A stretch of 64,000 nt of DNA, taken from a virus. A program made the position numbers and the translations under genes. A model generated the notes under the pieces. That model saw nothing but the letters and a program-made list of their open reading frames with translations, ran no database searches and was not told the DNA's origin. Positions 10,740 through 18,857 of the stretch are shown one piece after another. Position 1 is the first letter of the stretch, and the number at the start of each line of letters is the position of its first letter. The stretch is taken from IMG/VR virus record IMGVR_UViG_3300010375_000001, positions 10,022 to 74,021 of that record. One strand, written 5' to 3'.

Positions 10740-11528
10740 ATGCAAAACAACGCGTTCATTGATTTCGTATCGGAGATCTTCCAACGCTTGACTTCGAAGA
10801 CGCCGAAATTTTTCGTTATATGGCAATGGATCAGCGCTACCGTCGCGGCGGTAACGGGGCTCCCCGGCTTCTTGCAGGATATCGGCGTTACGCTGCCCAA
10901 GGCCCTGGCCATTGGTGAAAATAAAATAGTCGCTATCGCCAGTCTCGTGGCTCTTGTCATGGCCAAACTTCCCGTACAACAAACGGTCGTAAATAAGGAT
11001 GCCACTGGCGCTCCATTAACAAAGACCGATCCGGCAAAAACTCCTTTTACGGCGAAAGACCAGATTAAAAAAATGATTGGCATGAAATACGTCTTTCTTC
11101 TGCTCTTGTGCGCCATCTCTTTCAATGTTTCGGCCCAGAGTCCATTCCGTCCTCTAACCAAACTGAATGCGCCGGGCAAGAAGTATTTACATGCTTTGAC
11201 GACTCCTGATTCAACATTAAACACTTGGCGATTTATCGCTGACATTGCCGCCTATGCGGAGCCGGGAAACATACTGATGGCCGGAGTAGGTTATGGCTAC
11301 CAGCATCTGAAATATAATTTTGCTGCCGCAAAATGGAATGCGCAGTGGTCCATCAACGCGGTAGGATTTGCGGGAGGAAGTGTTGCACCGACCACGCCGG
11401 CAAGTATAGTTTCATTCGGGGTTATGGCCGGTATCGATAATAATTTATTTATGGCCGGCCCAATATATAATCCGGGAACAAAACAATTTGGGATTGCCCT
11501 TTCGATCGGCATCTCTTTGAATAACTAA
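10740..11528 (+). CDS. Holin-like N-terminus fused in frame to a signal-peptide-bearing beta-rich domain (internal ATG 11082)
   Basis: Two TMs after TSKTPKFF, then MKYVFLLLLCAISFNVSAQ. Confidence 0.55.
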   Translation: MQNNAFIDFVSEIFQRLTSKTPKFFVIWQWISATVAAVTGLPGFLQDIGVTLPKALAIGENKIVAIASLVALVMAKLPVQQTVVNKDATGAPLTKTDPAKTPFTAKDQIKKMIGMKYVFLLLLCAISFNVSAQSPFRPLTKLNAPGKKYLHALTTPDSTLNTWRFIADIAAYAEPGNILMAGVGYGYQHLKYNFAAAKWNAQWSINAVGFAGGSVAPTTPASIVSFGVMAGIDNNLFMAGPIYNPGTKQFGIALSIGISLNN

Positions 11529-11580
11529 AAATCCCCGCCCGATTGCTCGAACGGGGAATCCCCATATAGATGTCTGTCTC
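11527..11580 (-). ncRNA. Putative small RNA antisense to endolysin leader
   Basis: Minus-strand ATTG-N20-TACATTTG (11616-11585) and an 11-bp terminator whose G-U pairs work only on the minus strand. Confidence 0.5.
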
Positions 11581-11598
11581 GCATCAAATGTACAAAAA

Positions 11599-12063
11599 AT
11601 GCGAGACCTCAACAATATTCCCAGGATTAATTTATTGCACCCGAAGGTTGCCAATCTCTTCCGGCAATTCATTGACGCCGCAGAAGAAAAATTGGGGATA
11701 ACAATATACGTAGTCTCCACGCTGCGCACATTCGAAGAGCAGCAGCTGGAGTATAACAAAGGACGAACCACGCCCGGGGCTATAGTTACGTGGAGTCCTC
11801 CAGGCAGTTCGTACCATAATTATGGATTAGCTGCCGATATCTGCCCATTTAAGAAAGACGCCCATGGCTTAGACTGGGGGTATGACTTCAGCAAGTTGGC
11901 ACCAATTGCTGCCGAGTTCGGTATTACCTGGGGTGGCAACTTCCCTGTTGACAAGAAAGATCCCGATCATTTCGAGAACAAGATGGGCTACAACTGGCGG
12001 GACTTACTCCATAAATACAATGCACATGATTTTATTGCCGGCACAACCTATGTCAATCTATGA
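11599..12063 (+). CDS. Endolysin, peptidase M15 family
   Basis: R..EEQ, SYHNYGLAAD and DPDHFE zinc-peptidase motifs. Confidence 0.88.
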   Translation: MRDLNNIPRINLLHPKVANLFRQFIDAAEEKLGITIYVVSTLRTFEEQQLEYNKGRTTPGAIVTWSPPGSSYHNYGLAADICPFKKDAHGLDWGYDFSKLAPIAAEFGITWGGNFPVDKKDPDHFENKMGYNWRDLLHKYNAHDFIAGTTYVNL

Positions 12064-12569
12064 ATATTTTATCCATCATCATAGGACTCGCAATCGCAAT
12101 ACTCATGGTACAGATAATCATTAATGTGCGCGAGCACTCGCACAGGCATACAAAAACATTCTTGATACTAAAATCTATCCGTTTTCATCACATCAAAATA
12201 GAGGGAATAATTATGTCAGCACAATTGAACGTGAACGAGCTCTTGGTTGGGACGCTCGGTCTCGTAGATCATGCCACACAACAACCGATTACAGCTACGT
12301 TCACCAATGTTTCTGTATCCAGCAGCGACACGAGTATCTTCACTGCATCACTGGATGGCTCCGGCAACGTCGATGTGGATGGCATATCCGCTGGTTCCGG
12401 CACCCTTTCCATTTCGGCGGATGCCACGTATGTCGATCCGGCTACTCAGGCCACGGTGACCTTCACGAAGGTTCTTACCGTCAGCGTAACCGTTTCGCCG
12501 GCTACTACCGCAACTGACCTCGTTGTCACGTTCGGAACGCCGCAACCGATCCCTGGTGGAGGGGTATAA
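12060..12569 (+). CDS. TM + Ig-like domain protein (possible internal start 12213)
   Basis: N-terminal TM; SSSDTSIFTA..G.SAGSGTLSI Ig-like pattern. Confidence 0.5.
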   Translation: MNILSIIIGLAIAILMVQIIINVREHSHRHTKTFLILKSIRFHHIKIEGIIMSAQLNVNELLVGTLGLVDHATQQPITATFTNVSVSSSDTSIFTASLDGSGNVDVDGISAGSGTLSISADATYVDPATQATVTFTKVLTVSVTVSPATTATDLVVTFGTPQPIPGGGV

Positions 12570-12570
12570 A

Positions 12571-12602
12571 TAATAAGGCCCCCTAATCCGGGGGCCTTAT
12601 TA
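12571..12602. terminator. Bidirectional terminator
   Basis: TAATAAGGCCCCC-loop-GGGGGCCTTATTA between convergent genes. Confidence 0.7.
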
Positions 12603-12933
12603 AATCTCGGATGTCGATGGTTGGTGGATATTCCTCCTGGTAAGCGCTTCGACTATACTCCCAGTTGCGTTTTCGTGCCATTTCGTTATTGCACTTGAAG
12701 CACCATAGCTCGACCGTATGTCGATTGTAGTGATCTTCAATGAAACGCCTGATATCGAAACGATCGTAAACATGTTGCACGGTTGGCATGTTTGCTGGAG
12801 GATGGCGTCGTTCGCCACTCATTTTATATCGTTGCATGAGCTGTATACCACAATTCGCGCAGGTATTGTGTTTTTGGACCAACTGTCCTAGATAGAGTCT
12901 ATTTCGCTTTCGGACTCCGTTTTTCGTAGCCAT
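12583..12933 (-). CDS. HNH-like zinc-binding nuclease
   Basis: CANC...PTVQH...WCFKCN pattern. Confidence 0.55.
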   Translation of the reverse strand: MATKNGVRKRNRLYLGQLVQKHNTCANCGIQLMQRYKMSGERRHPPANMPTVQHVYDRFDIRRFIEDHYNRHTVELWCFKCNNEMARKRNWEYSRSAYQEEYPPTIDIRDLIRPPD

Positions 12934-12943
12934 TCCACAATAT

Positions 12944-13011
12944 AAAAAAAACCCGCTGCTTTGCAGCAGCGGGTCGAACTAAAAACAAATGGGCGCTACG
13001 CTCAGATGGTT
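12944..13011 (-). ncRNA. Small RNA antisense to the shared early-gene leader CGAACTAAAAACAA
   Basis: Perfect upstream promoter, seed CAUUUGUUUUUAGUUCG, 9-10 bp terminator stem (12951-12974) and U8 tail. The 5' end is estimated. Confidence 0.7.
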
Positions 13012-13015
13012 TGTA

Positions 13016-13046
13016 CAAAAGTAAGGGTTTCAGGCAAATGTGCAAA
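13016..13046 (-). promoter_or_regulatory. Bacteroidota housekeeping-sigma promoter
   Basis: TTTG (13046-13043)-N19-TACTTTTG (13023-13016), exact consensus. Confidence 0.75.
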
Positions 13047-13054
13047 TTTTTGCC

Positions 13055-14314
13055 CTAAAATTTCTTTGCCCGTGCATTATTAATGGCCAAATTCAAGCCC
13101 AGATCCCGGAGATAGGTCTCGAACTCCGTCACCGACTTATGCCGGCACCAAGCCTGTATTTCGGCTGCTGTGGCACCAGCGCGGAACAGATCGATTACCC
13201 GCTTGTGCTTCCATCCGTAGATCGTATAGTCTTCGTGGATGCCGTTGGGCTTACGCACATGCTCGCGCCAGAACCAAGCAAACCGGCTTTCTGCGTGGCA
13301 TTCGGGGCCGGGTTTGTCTTCCTTACCGAAGATATAGTACTCGCCGGGCGCTTTATCTACCCCCATCTCTCTTAACATCATTTCCAGCTCAGGATCAAGC
13401 GGGATATAGCCCCCTTGACCGCCCTTGGCGCGGAGCGGATCGATGTAGATCTGGCCGTCGGCGAAACGAATATCTTTACATTTCAGCTGTCGCGTTTCTT
13501 CATCGGGCCGGGTCAGGGTATAATACACCGTCATGCAGAACCGGTAGGTGGCTAGTCCGATATCGGATACCTTGTGATGAAGTAGCAAGTGCTTTACTCG
13601 CTCCGCCATGGCATCGTCATAAGCCGTGTGGCGCGTCTTGTCCACGTGAGTAAGCTTCTTCACCTTTTCAGCCGGCGACTCCTTAATCCATTCTTCGTCC
13701 TTTACGAACTTAAAGAGGGTTCTGAGCTTGGTCACCTTATCGTTGTAGGTGCCCTTCTTCCAATCCTTCTCCTCGCGCTTGGTGCGCAACATATCATTCA
13801 GGTCATCCTTGGTGATGTCTTTGATAGAACCTTTGACCCGGTCTCCCAGCCATTCCCCTAGCAGGCGGGTAATCACTTCATAGGATAACCTGCTGGAACT
13901 GCCTTCCGGATGAATCATCAAGAATTTTTTCATAGCAGCTTCGATAGTCACCTTTGGCTTGGTGTCCTTCGTAATAGCCACCATGGGAACATGTTGGCCC
14001 GTCTGCTGGTTGTACTCGTCGATGATATCTTGGAATGGGTTTAACCCATTTTGCAAGAGTAACTTGACTGAATGCAAAAGCTCTTCGGCGCACTGCTCGT
14101 AGTCTTCTTCAGATACCGTATTGAGTTTACCCTTTACCCGGAAGCGGGCCCAGTCCAGCAGCTCGCCCTTTTTATTCAGCCATTCCTTTTTGATCAGGCC
14201 GGGCGGCAGCTTCTGGAAAAGGTCGGGTGGTATCCGGTGATGATACTCAACGTAGTGGCCATTCTTCGCCTCGACGAGGCGCACGCCATAATACCGGTTA
14301 GACTTCTTTGACAC
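13055..14314 (-). CDS. int: Tyrosine integrase
   Basis: Catalytic R (TRPDEE), K, YGWKHKR, CRH and YLR. Start placed at GTG 14314 because upstream sequence looks like attP. Confidence 0.85.
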   Translation of the reverse strand: MSKKSNRYYGVRLVEAKNGHYVEYHHRIPPDLFQKLPPGLIKKEWLNKKGELLDWARFRVKGKLNTVSEEDYEQCAEELLHSVKLLLQNGLNPFQDIIDEYNQQTGQHVPMVAITKDTKPKVTIEAAMKKFLMIHPEGSSSRLSYEVITRLLGEWLGDRVKGSIKDITKDDLNDMLRTKREEKDWKKGTYNDKVTKLRTLFKFVKDEEWIKESPAEKVKKLTHVDKTRHTAYDDAMAERVKHLLLHHKVSDIGLATYRFCMTVYYTLTRPDEETRQLKCKDIRFADGQIYIDPLRAKGGQGGYIPLDPELEMMLREMGVDKAPGEYYIFGKEDKPGPECHAESRFAWFWREHVRKPNGIHEDYTIYGWKHKRVIDLFRAGATAAEIQAWCRHKSVTEFETYLRDLGLNLAINNARAKKF

Positions 14315-14494
14315 TCGTTTGACACTTGGGTTAATTAAAAATACGGAATTTCTGGTAATCAGCGTGTTGCAGGGATTTCCGTTGATCGCCTGCATCAATG
14401 GAACACTTTCGGCCGGGGAGCCGTCATTGATTTTGAGGTGGTTGCGATGAGACATGTTTTGTATTTTTGTAGATTTTTGACACTCGTTTGACAC
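14307..14494. other. Putative attP with arm-type repeats
   Basis: Exact 19-bp direct repeat TTTGACACTCGTTTGACAC at 14307-14325 and 14476-14494; IHF-like AATCAGCGTGTTG at 14357-14369. Confidence 0.65.
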
Positions 14495-14630
14495 CGAGTT
14501 TTGTACAATGATACAACGAACAGCACAATATTACAATAGTTTTTCGTATTTTTGATGGAGACCCGGCAAAGATCAACCCAGTTGAGAGAGCGCCACCCGA
14601 AAGAGTTTCGTTTCTAAACTACATTCTAAA

Positions 14631-14978
14631 ATGAAAATACCGAAGAAAAATATCATTCCTTTGGAGATGAGCGACGCGGACATGAAGCGCTTTTGGGAGA
14701 TGATTCAAAAAGGTGATCCGCGTTGCAGGTTTCAGCCGGGCGATCGAGTGTATAAGGCCAGAAGCATCGAAGAGAACGAATTAACGCCAATAGGAACGAA
14801 GGGTACAGTTATAGGCGCCATGTATATAGATGACACGACTGCGATAGACAAAGATGCCTATTGGATATTTTGGGATGGTAACCCGATGGCCATTACATCT
14901 GTCGGCCGTCGCCTCGAAAAACTAGACGAGCCGCCGCAGAAGCTAAAACCCGGCCTGATGCCGTTTAAGATAAAATAA
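14631..14978 (+). CDS. Hypothetical protein (SH3-like, FQPGDRV)
   Basis: ORF with A-rich leader and upstream TATTTTTG -7 box. Confidence 0.55.
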   Translation: MKIPKKNIIPLEMSDADMKRFWEMIQKGDPRCRFQPGDRVYKARSIEENELTPIGTKGTVIGAMYIDDTTAIDKDAYWIFWDGNPMAITSVGRRLEKLDEPPQKLKPGLMPFKIK

Positions 14979-15004
14979 AGAAGCCCCCAATCGGGGGCTT
15001 CTTT
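14978..15004. terminator. Bidirectional terminator
   Basis: AAGAAGCCCCC-AATC-GGGGCTTCTT between convergent genes. Confidence 0.7.
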
Positions 15005-15245
15005 ATTTTATCTTACCTTTCTTCTGCTGTCGCCCCTTGGCGAAATAATCATTGACTGCCGCTATACAAGATTCAATACACTGCTCGATTTCGCCGCTTG
15101 CGCTTGAATATGGTGAGCTCATGTAACTCACAGGATAACGAATGATCACTAACCACTCGGGCGACCTGAAGCTTGCATGGAAATACATTTCAAGTCCACA
15201 TTGGTGGGCGATGCAAAGTTGAACAAGATCGTTAAGTCTTTTCAT
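15003..15245 (-). CDS. Hypothetical protein
   Basis: ATGA overlap with the macrodomain gene. Confidence 0.5.
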   Translation of the reverse strand: MKRLNDLVQLCIAHQCGLEMYFHASFRSPEWLVIIRYPVSYMSSPYSSASGEIEQCIESCIAAVNDYFAKGRQQKKGKIK

Positions 15246-15694
15246 TTGATGGGGGGATATACGTAAATCTCCGCCTCCAAATCTTTCAGCCAGTATTCTA
15301 TGAACGATTTTACCCGTTCCCAATCCAACCCTCCGTTGCCGCAACCCAAGGCGGGTATCGCAATAGAAGGGGTGTCTTTGGCAATAATCGTCTTTTTTAA
15401 CGCGTTCAAGCCGCTGGCAATATAGTTGTATTCAGATGGATTCCTCCAGTGCCGTTTCGTCGGAAAGTTTATGATCAGCCGCTTGCCGTGTAGATCAGCC
15501 TCCTCGTAGCAAAACAGTTTACCGATGCCGATATGACCGCGCTCGCAGGCCTTCGCGTACGCGTCAAAATTGGCCGGATACCGCTCCTTGATCGCCAACG
15601 CCAAGCCTTTTCCCATCACGCCAACCAGGTTGACGGGGTTCACGATGGCATAGGCTTTCGTGTCGAGGATGTTACCGGTGCAGTAGGTGATCAT
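15242..15694 (-). CDS. Macrodomain ADP-ribose hydrolase (DarG/TARG1-like)
   Basis: GNIL, IVNPVNLVGVMGKGLA, INFPTKRHW, SIAIPALGCGNGGLDW. Confidence 0.9.
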   Translation of the reverse strand: MITYCTGNILDTKAYAIVNPVNLVGVMGKGLALAIKERYPANFDAYAKACERGHIGIGKLFCYEEADLHGKRLIINFPTKRHWRNPSEYNYIASGLNALKKTIIAKDTPSIAIPALGCGNGGLDWERVKSFIEYWLKDLEAEIYVYPPIK

Positions 15695-15717
15695 GGTTAG
15701 CTTATATAATCCTTTTG

Positions 15718-15788
15718 TTGTCTGTGGGGGACTCGAACTCCCATCTACTGACCTAATGCCAGCATACTACCAATTATACTAACAGACA
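15718..15788 (-). tRNA. tRNA-like gene with 5-nt anticodon loop (probably non-decoding)
   Basis: TGTCTGT/ACAGACA acceptor, D loop AATTGGTA, CTGGC-ATTAG-GTCAG, T loop TTCGAGT. Confidence 0.7.
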
Positions 15789-15791
15789 GAC

Positions 15792-15863
15792 CAACCGAGA
15801 CGGGATTCGCACCCGCAACCTCCGGCGAAACGCGCGGACTCTAAAAATTAAAGCTACTCGGAT
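15792..15863 (-). tRNA. Degenerate tRNA-like gene
   Basis: ATCCGAG/CTCGGTT acceptor, TAGCTT..AGAG D arm, GCGGG-TGCGAAT-CCCGT T arm, distorted anticodon arm. Confidence 0.55.
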
Positions 15864-15900
15864 TTCTCAACGTCGCACGAACGACCTGAGCTATTTTCGC

Positions 15901-16182
15901 TTACTCCTCCGTCGCAGGCGGCGGTATGTACTCCTGCGGAAACTTTTCTCCAGTCCATAGGATCGGCTTATCAAGAGCCAGCAGCTGGTACTCTAAATCG
16001 GGACGAATATCCTCCAGATATTCACTACCTACGGGATGGCCTCTATCCGCATACGAATGTGGAACAGATTGCCCCTCATCGTAGTAGCAAGTCCTGATTT
16101 CAAAATAAGGATCGGTACGCCCCAATTTCTTGGAGACTTCATCCGTCCGTTCTATAGCCATTAGCCGGTAATTCCAAGTCAT
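15901..16182 (-). CDS. Hypothetical phage protein (MTWNYR start)
   Basis: ORF in operon with A-rich leader. Confidence 0.6.
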   Translation of the reverse strand: MTWNYRLMAIERTDEVSKKLGRTDPYFEIRTCYYDEGQSVPHSYADRGHPVGSEYLEDIRPDLEYQLLALDKPILWTGEKFPQEYIPPPATEE

Positions 16183-16193
16183 AAATTTGGTTT

Positions 16194-16281
16194 AAAAGAA
16201 GGGGGGCCCAGGACGGCCCCTTTGCCATAGGCTCGTCCCACCGCTGCTATGCCAGTCCCTTCGATGCGGCTGGCCCCCCTT
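16194..16281 (-). promoter_or_regulatory. Terminator/antiterminator-like structured element
   Basis: GGGGCC-GTCCTG-GGCCCC + TTCTTTT competes with a 10-bp long-range helix 16199-16208/16272-16281. Confidence 0.45.
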
Positions 16282-16286
16282 TGGAA

Positions 16287-16637
16287 TCATTTAGGCTCAC
16301 CTCGTTCCCTCAACGTGGAGTCGACATTATCGATAGAGTTGCGGCGTTTTGGCTCAGGGCCATCCTGCTCTTTTTCGTCTTCCATTCGCCAGACACGCAC
16401 GCCTTTAACGCCATCCTTTTCGGCGTCCTTCGAAAAAAAGCGCCAAAAGCGATATCTTCCGGCTAAGCTTTTGCGAAAATTTGTAATGGCGGTTTTCGCC
16501 TTTGACTCCGTTTTGCCAGCGTAGAACGCACATCTGCCGATGGGGATCAGATGGAGATCCCAACCCCCGGTGGTTCTCTTGTACGCTTCTTCTGGAATCG
16601 GAATGTCCGCCTCGATTTCGATTTCCTTTTTACTCAT
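16287..16637 (-). CDS. Hypothetical DNA-binding-like protein
   Basis: IEADIPIP...GVRVWR phage-type motif. Confidence 0.55.
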   Translation of the reverse strand: MSKKEIEIEADIPIPEEAYKRTTGGWDLHLIPIGRCAFYAGKTESKAKTAITNFRKSLAGRYRFWRFFSKDAEKDGVKGVRVWRMEDEKEQDGPEPKRRNSIDNVDSTLRERGEPK

Positions 16638-16648
16638 ATAATTGTTAT

Positions 16649-17497
16649 TTAAGCTCTTCCTTTTTCATGTGGATACAGCGTGGCGACGATGTCGGATTGC
16701 CAGAATTCCTTGGTGTCTACATCCATGATCGTCAGCTTGCCTCTCCCGCCTGCGCCAGTATCGATGTTATACACGTTACCTGAATACATAGGAGTGGTTA
16801 CCACCGCCCCCATCGGAATTATAATACCCCCCTGAGTGAGAATATCCTTTGTCCGGTACAGCGTTGAAGCGGTATGTCCGATGAAGATCGTATCGAAGTC
16901 GTCCACCGTTTGAAGCTTGATTCCCGGCCGACAACTCATCGCCTGCTTCCACAAATCACGATCCCAATAGAAGTCAGATGGATTATCATAACGGCATTCT
17001 TCAACAGACTTCCACCGATCGAAACCAGCGTGTACGAAGAAATAATTGCGCTCCTCATCGTGGTAGTACAGCTGTTGCTCCATAAAGAACCTACGGTGTT
17101 CGTCTGGGATATCTCCCGGATTGAGCGTCAAGCTGTATTTGAAAACAGCGCGTTCCCCTTCGTCGTCAAAATCCCAGCGATGTTCCTGTACTTTTCCTAT
17201 GCCTTCGGCGTATGACACCACTGTACCATCCCCCCCTTGCTTCCACGCGCCGAGCGGATCAGGGTGAACTCCGGTCTTCAGCCACCGATGAAACCACTCA
17301 TCGTGGTTGCCAATGATGTCTATGCGATTGTCTATCGTCAACAGCTCGTCTACACACTCCTTGACATGTTCCCATCCGTCGCAGATATCCCCCAAAGTAA
17401 TGAGCCGATGCCGATGCTTGTCGAAGTTGCTCCTTTCCAGACACTGCACTAAGGCCTTGTGCGCACCATGAATATCGCCTATAACAAATGTTCTCAT
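16649..17497 (-). CDS. Calcineurin-like metallophosphoesterase (lambda-phosphatase type)
   Basis: GDIHG, GDICD, GNHD, FVHAG, IGHT, IDTGA. Confidence 0.9.
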   Translation of the reverse strand: MRTFVIGDIHGAHKALVQCLERSNFDKHRHRLITLGDICDGWEHVKECVDELLTIDNRIDIIGNHDEWFHRWLKTGVHPDPLGAWKQGGDGTVVSYAEGIGKVQEHRWDFDDEGERAVFKYSLTLNPGDIPDEHRRFFMEQQLYYHDEERNYFFVHAGFDRWKSVEECRYDNPSDFYWDRDLWKQAMSCRPGIKLQTVDDFDTIFIGHTASTLYRTKDILTQGGIIIPMGAVVTTPMYSGNVYNIDTGAGGRGKLTIMDVDTKEFWQSDIVATLYPHEKGRA

Positions 17498-17862
17498 TTT
17501 TCGTCACCAAATTTAACGCTAAAGCCCAACTGTTCCAAAAGATGGATTACATCTTTTTCTTTGTACACAATCTCGTCGTCAGTGCAATTATCACCATGAT
17601 GATGGATTTGAAATAGGATGCTGCCCATTCGCGTTCGACTGGGGTATTTCTTTAAGGTATCCTCTTCCCACGTCCGGCGGTCAGAACCTATAGGGCCAAA
17701 GTAATGGTCCATCAACAGGTCACTCACGTGCCCCAAGATATGATTGTATTTCGCCGAAGTTTGCTTGGAGGCACGTATCAACACCCTTTGTTGAAGAGAA
17801 ACCCAGACAAATAAAGCAATGGCAATAATCGATATTATGATCGGAAGCGAGTCGATATTCAT
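17494..17862 (-). CDS. Hypothetical membrane-anchored protein
   Basis: N-terminal TM, overlapping operon. Confidence 0.55.
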   Translation of the reverse strand: MNIDSLPIIISIIAIALFVWVSLQQRVLIRASKQTSAKYNHILGHVSDLLMDHYFGPIGSDRRTWEEDTLKKYPSRTRMGSILFQIHHHGDNCTDDEIVYKEKDVIHLLEQLGFSVKFGDEK

Positions 17863-18851
17863 TAAATAGGCTTTTCAATGTCATAACTCTTGAGATCAAC
17901 GGCCAGCTTCTTTTCCAGCCGCACATTACGCCGACAAGCGTTCCAGACGTGGATGATGTACTTCACCCGCTCGTCACCTCGTAACTGCTCTTGATCCGAT
18001 AGCTCTCTACGCATTATCCGCTCCAACGTCTGCCGCAGATAGGCGATGTTACTATCAATAATCTTCGTCATGTGGAGATCTTCACCAGAGGCAAGCTTCG
18101 TAAAAAATACCTCCGCGAAATCGGCGTCTAACCGTTGGAAGATGAACCACAACGCGGCATACATGGTATATGTCACAAAGGGGCCATCATTGTGGATAGC
18201 ACGCGCCTTGGCAATAACCATCGTCAAAGTCTTTAACCGAGTCTTGTTGGACACCCATTTAATCAACGTGGGATTATCCATTTTCTCACCCTTGGGCATC
18301 GTCTTCCCCACTCTGCTGTATTCGTCCAGATACCAGATATTGCGTACCGTCGCCCCCGTCACAAATCTATCTTTTAAAATACCATGATCCTTGAGCACGT
18401 CAGCCGCAGAACGATTCACCCCCTGGTCGAGATAAATGCGAAACCTATCTTCCGGCCCAACGACAATGCTGAATTCAATCTCCAGCGGCGGCTTGCCATT
18501 TTCGAGCCGCTTTTCGTTGGCACAAAGGAAAGCCCATAACCGTTTTTGGCCATCGATGAGCCGAAAAGTGTTGCTAATAATGATTGGCTCGCCCGTCCAA
18601 GGATAATCGTCCGCGTACATGTCCTCGGCATACCGCTTAATATCCTTAAACTTAAATTCCCGATTACCTAAATTCAAGTCAAGAAGATCGGCCACCATGG
18701 CAGCATTCATCCGCAAGCGATGGATATAGCCATCTCTAATCTTTTTAACGCGCGCCACGATATCCGTCGTATGGATGTGCGGTTGCTTGATCTGACCATA
18801 GGATCGCTTATCCTGAATTCTTTCTGGGAAGGCGAGTTCGATATCTGTCAT
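17862..18851 (-). CDS. ParB/Srx-like N-terminal domain protein
   Basis: NR...TGEPII...LIDGQKRL. Confidence 0.65.
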   Translation of the reverse strand: MTDIELAFPERIQDKRSYGQIKQPHIHTTDIVARVKKIRDGYIHRLRMNAAMVADLLDLNLGNREFKFKDIKRYAEDMYADDYPWTGEPIIISNTFRLIDGQKRLWAFLCANEKRLENGKPPLEIEFSIVVGPEDRFRIYLDQGVNRSAADVLKDHGILKDRFVTGATVRNIWYLDEYSRVGKTMPKGEKMDNPTLIKWVSNKTRLKTLTMVIAKARAIHNDGPFVTYTMYAALWFIFQRLDADFAEVFFTKLASGEDLHMTKIIDSNIAYLRQTLERIMRRELSDQEQLRGDERVKYIIHVWNACRRNVRLEKKLAVDLKSYDIEKPI

Positions 18852-18857
18852 GGGTTA

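Noticed and set aside
14315-14494. 60-aa N-terminal extension of the integrase in the ORF track
   Set aside because: It coincides with attP arm repeats and the IHF-like site; probably not translated.
15718-15788. Ochre suppressor tRNA (TTA) implying stop-codon recoding
   Set aside because: It needs a 4-bp stem with A33; TAA, TAG and TGA all end genes normally under the standard code.
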